Origin: Choristocarpus tenellus KU-1152 | Taxonomy: Eukaryota; Protista; Phaeophyceae | Length of the DNA stretch: 34,345 nt | Assembly: GCA_964200185.2 (NCBI GenBank) | Contig: CAXNAD020000054.1 | Span: forward strand, 1-34,345 | Direction of reading: 5' to 3' | Shown: one piece after another, positions 12,501-21,500 of the stretch | Layout: each line of letters starts with the position of its first letter | Numbering within the stretch: position 1 is the first letter of the stretch | Program-made: the position numbers and the translations under genes | Notes under the pieces: model-generated | Told to the model about the DNA's origin: nothing | What the model saw: only the letters and a program-made list of their open reading frames with translations | Database searches by the model: none

Positions 12501-15500
12501 AAGGCAACCCAACCTCCTCTACCTTTTTGGGTCTATGGTGTATATTCACAAAATTGAAAGTTCACTTTTTGAATGACAAGTTGTGTATGGCAAGTTGTTA
12601 TGGTCATGTTTATGTGCTTGGTCTGTGATGTCAATACATCTTGTGAAGTTGGAGAAATGTTGCATTGTATGCCTGTGTTTGTGATTTTTGGGGACCAATT
12701 GTTTGTACACTTTGATTGACGGCAACAGTGTGATGAGATATTTTTAGTTTATTCATAATATGCCCCAGAAAACCTCATTCCTTGGTATTGCGCTTTGTGC
12801 AGAGTTAACAAATATGTGGTGTATTGCGTAAGGTGTATGCTTGTGGGGCAGGATGAAGACCTTGCATTGATAAGATTCTTGGGTGGATCCAATAGTTAAA
12901 ACTCAAGTACCTACTTTGTGCACTTCCCCAGTTTTGTCTACTAGAGATGAACGTTATATAGACTTCACCATTCTATAGTAGTAGGAGTACGTATGTGTCA
13001 AAGTTCAAATGTTGATTGCCACAACAATTAGTTCATTACCTTCAGCTGTAAGCTTACTGCATATAATGGTATTGTGCACACATAGATTTGAAGTTAGGTT
13101 GGTTTGTATGTACCTAAACTGTGTGCATTAGATAGGTGACATTGAATGCTGAGCTCTCCAAGGTCTCATTACTATCATGACCATCCATACAGAAAAACAA
13201 GTTGCATCAGTTGATGGATTTAAAACCAACCAATGGGCAGTAGTGTTGTTGCATGCAAGATCAGATTTTGTACTGAGTTCTGGCCCACTTTTAAAGTCAA
13301 GCTTGTGGAGCTTCTATTAGGTATGTCTTGTACTGAGCATTGAGGGGGCATGACACACTTTATACTCTGTGTCTGACACTCAATATTCCCCAAGGTCAAC
13401 AAATGAAGATGTCGATACAACAATGTGAAAGCATGTTTGTTGCCAGGATTCTTTTGAGGTTGTACTTGAGTACAATTTATGTGCTATTAATAATGTACTG
13501 ATAATAGTGTACTGTCCTCCTTGTACCAATGAGAGGGGGGATTAAGGTATTATAGTAAATTTGGGTTGTCACCTTCCATTCTTATTGGTGCAAGCATCAA
13601 AGGAGGTGATGTGGTGCCGTATCATTTTTTTTTTCTCACTGGTTGAGTGAAAGTAGAACCCTTTTGGGGGAAGATGTTCATATTATAAACCAACTATATT
13701 TATAGGAAGAACCTTTGCACATGCTGAACCATAATGTATACATTTTTTTTTTGTACCTCTCTCTGATCCTTAAAGAAATCAAGATGACTACATACACCTG
13801 GTGGATGAAGTTCGACTCAAGCGTCCAGACTTGTATCGGTGTGACCTCAACAATGCGTACAGCCCAGCCCGCCTTGGTGAATCATCATTCTCATCGTTGG
13901 CAAACCCTTTGCACAACCAGAACAGCACAATTCAGCAGAGTCAAATGTGGGAGACCAAGCTTGACATGAATGTTGACACACCAGAATATGTTAAAGACCA
14001 AGAGATAGACTGGTGCCGAGTCCCTTTCAAAGTTGTACTCCCCAAGAACTCTGTTGGTGTTGGACACCCAGGGACAGATCATATGGGCAGAAGGATGGGA
14101 TTAGAGGTAAGGCCTGAAACTACACCATTAGGGATGTGATGCCACCCATTTGTTAAGTACAGATTGAAGTTTTTCATGGAATTTGAAGACACTGAGATGA
14201 GATGTGTATGTAATGATTGGTTGGCAGTTTTCTTGGCTCTGGTTGGTAGGTTTCTAAAAACAATTTGACTTTATGGTAAACCAGTTCATGATCGTGTTCG
14301 CTCATCCTTGTGAATCTCTCTCTGTACAACATCAGCTCATGGACAGTGGAGCTGCTCCAATTCTCATCCCTGGACCAACCAAACAGGGTCTTCCAAAGGA
14401 CTTGTCATGCTACAGGTAAGAGAGTGAGCGCTTTCTGACACTGTGCAGTACCTACCAACTATGACTCACTATTAATAGTGGTATAGTTGGGCTCAACCCC
14501 CTTGTTTTAGCAGGTATGATGATCGCTGGCCAACACCACTTCGCCATGAGCTGCTTGACACCCCACCTGAAGCCTTGCCTCCAGTGGTTCTTGATATTCA
14601 ATTGTGTTCTCTGACATACAAGGAGCAGCACCATAGGTGTGTGTCAGGCAAGAAATTGGTTCCATAGTTTCACTAAAGTAGAATATTTTGGGGGGATGAA
14701 GCGTCTACGGTCTACATGAAAAAAATCTATGTACTGCCTTTGGTAAGCATCTCTTAGATCAATTTATGTGGATTTCAATATAGCTATAAATTTCGAGATA
14801 TATAGGGATTTCATTGTTTTTTTGTGGTCTTTAAACAACCCATTGTATGCAATACCTGATCCCCTTTGTTGAAGAATAGTTACGTGCGTTTTCTGAGAAG
14901 CAAACCACCCCTCAAAGTGAATCAAGGGATGAAGGGATGCTGGACAGATGATTTAGTTTGATATGTGAAGTGATGTGCACATAACAATATGTAATATTTT
15001 GTCACTGGTTCACCTTCACAGGCGTCAGCAAGAGCGAGGTGCCCCAATAGGTACTTCACTCATGTATGGGGAGTTTGAACCCATGGTGGTGCTTCCTTAC
15101 CCTATTTTCAAGGCAGTGGGCATGATACTCAGGAGCAATGAGGCTAAGAGTATGACCGTCAGCTATGCAAGCCTTAGACCATGTCGAGACCAAAGCCTGG
15201 TCATTTTCATCAGTCACAGGTGGGGATGGTTTAACTTTGCCGTAGGTGTATTTATCTTTCAACTGCTATTTTTTTTGCTTTTGAGCTTGTGTTGACATGT
15301 ATTTGTTAAATATTGGTAAGAGACGTATGAATGCTCAACAAGACCTGCACTATGAGTTGCAGTTCCTCAACACACAGTTGACAAGTGGTCTGGAAAATGT
15401 ATGAATAGTTACAGTAGGTTTAGAGCATTGTGGAGACTTCAAGTTGGACAAGACAAACTGCGTTTCTGGACAAGGAATGCCTCAAAAGAATTTAAAGAGT

Positions 15501-18500
15501 CACTTGTAGGATATTATATATATAGGAACTCTCAGATTTGATTGGTGCTGTTGGCCATGATACAGGTGGCTACAACCTTGCTCGCAGCCACCCCACCCAG
15601 ACAGAGATGGTGAGAAGCATGGTCTTATATGCTCTGGGGTTGAAAAGCTTCTTCAAATGTTGCCTCAAGGAGTCCAGGCGTACCTCTGGGTTGATTTCTC
15701 TTGCATTGACCAGGATGATGCCAAGAAGAGGAAAAGAGGAATACGGAGTATGCCTTCATACATAGAGAGGTAAGAGTCACCATACAATATCTTGTCCCTG
15801 CCACCTGAAGACAATATAATATGTGAAGGAAAAATCAACCCATGTGAAGCAGTGCTATGTTTAGTATATCATGTTTAGTATATCATGTTTATAGTGTCCT
15901 CAAATCACATAAAATTAGGTAAGGATCATGTAGGAATATTGGTTTCAGTTTTTGGTTTGATGTCCAAACGGTACATTGATGTTGGATTTCTGACCTGCAG
16001 TGTTTGATTTGAACTTGGCTTCATATTAGTGTGATAGGATAACTATTCATACGTCCTCAGGTGTGATGCGCTGCTTATTCCATACACTGCCACTGAGGGC
16101 CAGACCCCAGGAAGTCTTGTGAATGGATTTAGTGGGCACAAGAGTGAGAATGGAAAAGGCAAAGAATTCATTGGGATGGAAGGTGTCCCCACACCAGATG
16201 AGGACAGGTAATCTCTGTGTTCCTGCCTTAATTCTCAATAGTCTAGGAGTGTTAGTTTTGAACACTGATGTTCAAGGGTTGGAGCATTGCTTTCATGGAG
16301 TATTTGATGCAATATATTTTATTTTATTGGGACTATCTTTGGCATTAAGTTGAAGACCATTACACATTACAATAATTGCTGCAGTAAAATCTCCTGGGAG
16401 TGCAAGTAGTAGTAATTGCGTACTTAAAATTCACAAGGTATTTAATGCAAGTGGAAATGTTTATTACATAAACCTTAGGTTGTACGTACATATTCTACTA
16501 ATCCTCTACCATTCCAGTGAATATACTTGGAAATAGTTTACATTTAGAGAGCTCTTTTCAGTGTGTATGTCTTGAATATTGTAAACTACCTCCTGTGTGT
16601 TAAGTGTTCACATTGCTAACAATAGGAAGTGGCAAAGTGCCTGTGACTCCTCCATACTCAACTTGTCGTTACCCAACTTGGAAGTACCTTTTCTGTAGGC
16701 CATGACAAAACACTGTGCCCAGAGTGGCTGCATTAGTAGGTTTATGTTGAGGCTTGTGAACATGCAATAGGATAAATATGATGACACACATTGTTGAAAG
16801 GCTTAGTAACATATCTTGCAAGTTTTTTGCAATGAGAAGTCACAAGGCACCTTACAGCTTTTTCAGGGTGTACGGATTAATTTCACCTACACAGATAACA
16901 CATGAGTTGACTCACAAAATCGTTCCATTCTATGTATACAGGCTGTTACATTATTGAGAAAACTGTATCCTTGATGGATACATTTTTCTGTGTCCATATT
17001 TGAAGCTATTTATCTACAACTATTAATAAGTGCCTTAATTATACCGACATTTTGGGTGGTTTCATAACTATTCTGAATACCTACTTTTTGGAGGCTTTCT
17101 TACAAACCATGCCAAAATTTCAGCTTATATCCTAAATAGAAGATCAATTCTCACATACAGTTTGCGTATTTTCCACATAAAGAATATATACAAGCTCTGG
17201 TTGTTGGGTAATCTTTTGGTTGTAAGGGACATGCTTGGACCATATAGTCATGATTATTTGTTCAACACTACAATGAAACCGTTCTTGGAGAAATGTAACC
17301 ATTGAAGAGTATACCCTGACCACTTTCAGTTACAAATCCAATTGATATCACCTCACATATTTTTGATGATATTCAAGTAAATTACTCATGTACATATCTT
17401 TTGTCACTTGGTAAGTTTGTATTCATCAATCCAACATATGTTTAGACTCATCCAGGACAATGTTTAAGAAGTTTTTGTACTTTACATTTTCTGTGAAATG
17501 TTTTGAATTATATAGATTGAATCACTGCTATGTAACCAAACAATATGGTTGATCAAACCAAAAATTGAAGAGTAATTTTAAATTTTATTTTTTGTTTGAC
17601 TGTGTTGCATATATGTTTGATTTCAATCAACTACATTGAAAAATTCAAGATGATTCAACTTGTACTCATACAGGAAGTACCTTTGATTCACAACCCTAGA
17701 ACTGGGACTTTTAAAATGAATGAATTGTGACAAAACTTTGATACATATTGCACTGATGTTTCTGCAGGTGAATTTCTCATGTTTCCATTGTGTTTGTGTA
17801 TGTGATGGAGCTGTGCTTTTCCATCATATGTTGACACAATTTGTTACATAAGCTGTGCGGTCTATGTTTGAAGTAATTCAAAAACTCAAATCCGAGTCAG
17901 CTTTCTCTCCTTTTTTTGCACCACTCATTTTGCCATACATTCACTTGTTGGTACCGTTAACATCCACTTGTTGGTACCATTGACATGGGACACAGCCCAG
18001 CACTTGCTATTAAGAGTGTTATTTAATGGTGTTATTTATAGTGTTCTTCGTAGTGTTGCTAATAGTAGATGTGTGAATGACTAGCCGCAAACTCCTCTTT
18101 ACAAAGAATAGCATAGCATACTGAATCTAACACACTCAATTTCTGAGGTGTAAACAGGGGTGGGACTTACAAGTGTTTGGGGATTGAACCAAGAGTGCAT
18201 CAATCTTCCAATTTCTTCACATGGACATGAAGAGGAATTATTTTTACACTTTCATCCTATTATGTATAATACACTAATTGAAATCCCAACCAGGGAGTCT
18301 TGGAACTGACAGGATGTGGGTGACCTTTTATCACTTGAGCCATTGTACAAATTAATGAATCAGAAAAACATTCCTTTTTGGTTTAACACCAGAACAGAAC
18401 AATGAAATGGTAGACATCATGTAGTAGACATTATTCCATTTATGCTTGGAAAGAGAACTTCAGGTGTTAATCCTGCCAACTGGTCTCATTGGATACTTTT

Positions 18501-21500
18501 ATTGAATTATATACTGTACATTCTAGCTGTTTAAAATAACCTGATTGTGACAAGATGTGCTTACCCTGATTGTGTGTTGTCTTCCACTTTTCGATCAGTA
18601 TCAATGTGGATCCCACATCCAGACATGGCCTTGGTGAATTGGAGTTCAACACAAAACATGAACTATCAGGGATACAGGATATACCGATTGATGTTGACCA
18701 CACTGCATTTGGATCAATCCAAGACAATCCCCTTGTTGCATCATGGGACAACAGATGGCCAGCAGTAGTATCTGCAAACCCACACCTATTTTTTTTATGG
18801 TTTTGAAGATTTATGTGGGGTGTTAAATAACACTGGCCTTGACATTGCAATATGTTAGTTAGGCTATCTGGATCAGTATGTTAAAAACTAGAAGTAATAT
18901 TGCAGGAAATTTAACATAGTTCAACACACACAGTCACATATTGTAATTCAGGATTTTTTTTTTTTCAATTGTACAATTCTCTTTTGATAATGAGAGCACA
19001 GCCGAATGTGAGTAGTTGACCACATGAATCCTTTCTTTCTCAGAAGAGACAACTCCAAATCCCAGCACTATTTAAATGGTTTGCATTCCTGATGCCGTAT
19101 CACCATCTGCTGTCTACTTCAAATTATTACTGGAGGATGCAAATATCTGATACTGCTATTGACCACATAATTTAAAAAGATGTACCTACAACAGGTTACC
19201 CCCCTACCTAAATAGCTCACGTATTTTTATGCTTGTGGACACCTTTTCATATCTCCAGCTTCTTGCACTTACAATGAATGTACTAGTCACTATCTTTGTA
19301 TCCTAGGCGATACGTCCATGGGACAGGTAGTCATGTTTTTGTAGGTTTGCTAGAATTGGTGCGGCAACTTTTGGTTACAAGGTGAAGATATGTAAAACTT
19401 CAGTCCAAGCCTGTATTGTGTAATAATACTCTAGACTCAGGATGCCTCACATTTAAGTGTGGTGAATGAATGCAGGTGCACTTGTGGCTGTTTGGTATTT
19501 GTAAGTTAACGTTTTAATTGATGTTTTGAATTTATGATGCTTGTATGATGTAACACTTTCTTTGTCACAGATATCCCAGCTTGGCACAGTACTCCAGTAG
19601 AGCCTGGTGCAGGGCTGAGCTGTACATGGGAAGCAATGTGCCGGTAAGCAGGAGCATCAAGATTGTCAATAGTAGATGTGAATTGTAACAAGGTGACATT
19701 ATGACCTCGTGATAGTCATACTTTGTTGTCTTCCCATTTCCCAAGGCACTTCTTTTGAACTTTTTTCACAGCACTCCTATGAATGGTATGCACATCCCCC
19801 CTATCTGGCCTCATCAGGTACCTCCTAATGGCTTCTACTACTTCGACCGTGTTGGGATGGTGTACAGGTTAGTCCTGGTGGTCGCATATGTTCAACTTCT
19901 ATTTGCTATTAACTTGGTAATTTCCAGTACACTAAAGCATGGGAAGTCAATGTCTTTGTTTCGAACCACACCATGGTGAGCCCTCAATCTGCTCAAACCT
20001 GTTTTGCAGAGGAGGCGACCGTCCCTTTTTTGTGTATGGACCAGAGCAGCATGAGGGTGGTGGACCACCAGCTGTTTTACCAAGATTGGACAAGGCATGG
20101 TTCAAGAAAGTCAACCCTGTAGAAGCCTTTCTCACCCAGGCAAGCTAACTATGTAAAATATGTGCATGCAATATAGGTGCAATACTACAAATCATTGTTT
20201 TATGATCCCACTCAATGTGGATATTTGATATTTTGTTTGCTTGTTTCTCTTATCTCCTGTACTGAGCTTGCATTAATTTCCAACATCTTGCTATTTCCTT
20301 GTTTGCCTCATTGTTCCAAGTAGGTTTACCACTTTATTCATTTTTTATTGTTGGTAGATGACTCACTGATGTCCAAGTGTTTTGCTTTTATGCATGTAGG
20401 AACATGCCTGTAAGAGTTTTTGATTGTCAATGGTTGATTGTTCAAATATGAGTACTTTGAGTAAGTATAGAATTATTGAAAGCGATCAAAGCTGTACAAG
20501 GTTGTACCACAACATTCTATTCCTTTTCAAATAGCTGCAACCATCAATTTTACATTTAGATATTAATGGTACTAATATGTCAAGTACAAAGAGTTTGAGG
20601 TAAGGGATATGATGTATGATATATGCTAAAATAAGAAACAAACTCACAGATACTGTAATATCCTCAATATGATATATACAGTATAGCACATTGAGTCAAT
20701 TGGGTTCATTCTATACACATCCTCTACAATCCTGTCCATATTAGTAGCACTGGTGAAGAGAAATGTGTGTTTCATTGTATTCCATTCATTCAGTGTATTC
20801 CATTGCCATTTAGAACAGTAGTGGTTTACTTGTGACTATCTAGTTTGTGGATGTCCCACTGTTTTCTGCATACAAAATGTGTTGTACTCCTCGTACCTTA
20901 CTAATCCTTATGTATTGTTTCTCAACTTGGAGAAGAGTCATGTAATAAAATCTCCATCATTACATGCGTTATGCTTCAAAGTACTGTGACTTGATCAGCC
21001 TTCATCTCATCCATGCTAAACCCTCATCATACTAACCCTAGCAATGGGGTTTGGGAGGGTCATAGTCAATCATCCTACACTGTGTGTTACTGGTTTCGCA
21101 GGTATATTTTAATATTTGTGAAGCTTTGATGTTTCCCCCCTTGATATTCTTTATTCCATGTCACACTGTCACTGTGCGATCTCTGAAAATGTGCTCATCC
21201 TTTATAGTACCCGAATGCTGTTTGTCCTCTTGATTGCAGTATTGACGGTGAATCTTGATGTTTTTTGTGTAGTGTTTGCATTTCTTGTTCCTTTCCACAT
21301 GATCCCAATTTTTTGTTGTGTTGGCATTGAGTCAAAACACACAAGGATTGCAAAAAAGAGTGTAAGATGTGTATGTTTCAATGTCATCAAGATACCTATC
21401 AAAACATTTTTTACCCATTCTACAGGAGAGTGACCGCCGGGAAATATTTGCTCTGCTTGAGAGAGTACAGTGCACCACTCCAGCCTCTCCAAAGCCTGGC

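Noticed and set aside
11700-12580. AT-rich intronic block with ORFs 11755-12057 and 12259-12576
   Set aside because: No recognisable protein motifs or needed exons; probably old non-autonomous repeat DNA, with no definable ends.
9718-13775. Gene boundary within the 4-kb intron (TAA in frame at 9719-9721)
   Set aside because: The TAA is part of a perfect GTAAGT donor, the phase matches exon 18, and DENND4-type sequence continues in exons 19-20. Not formally excluded without RNA data.
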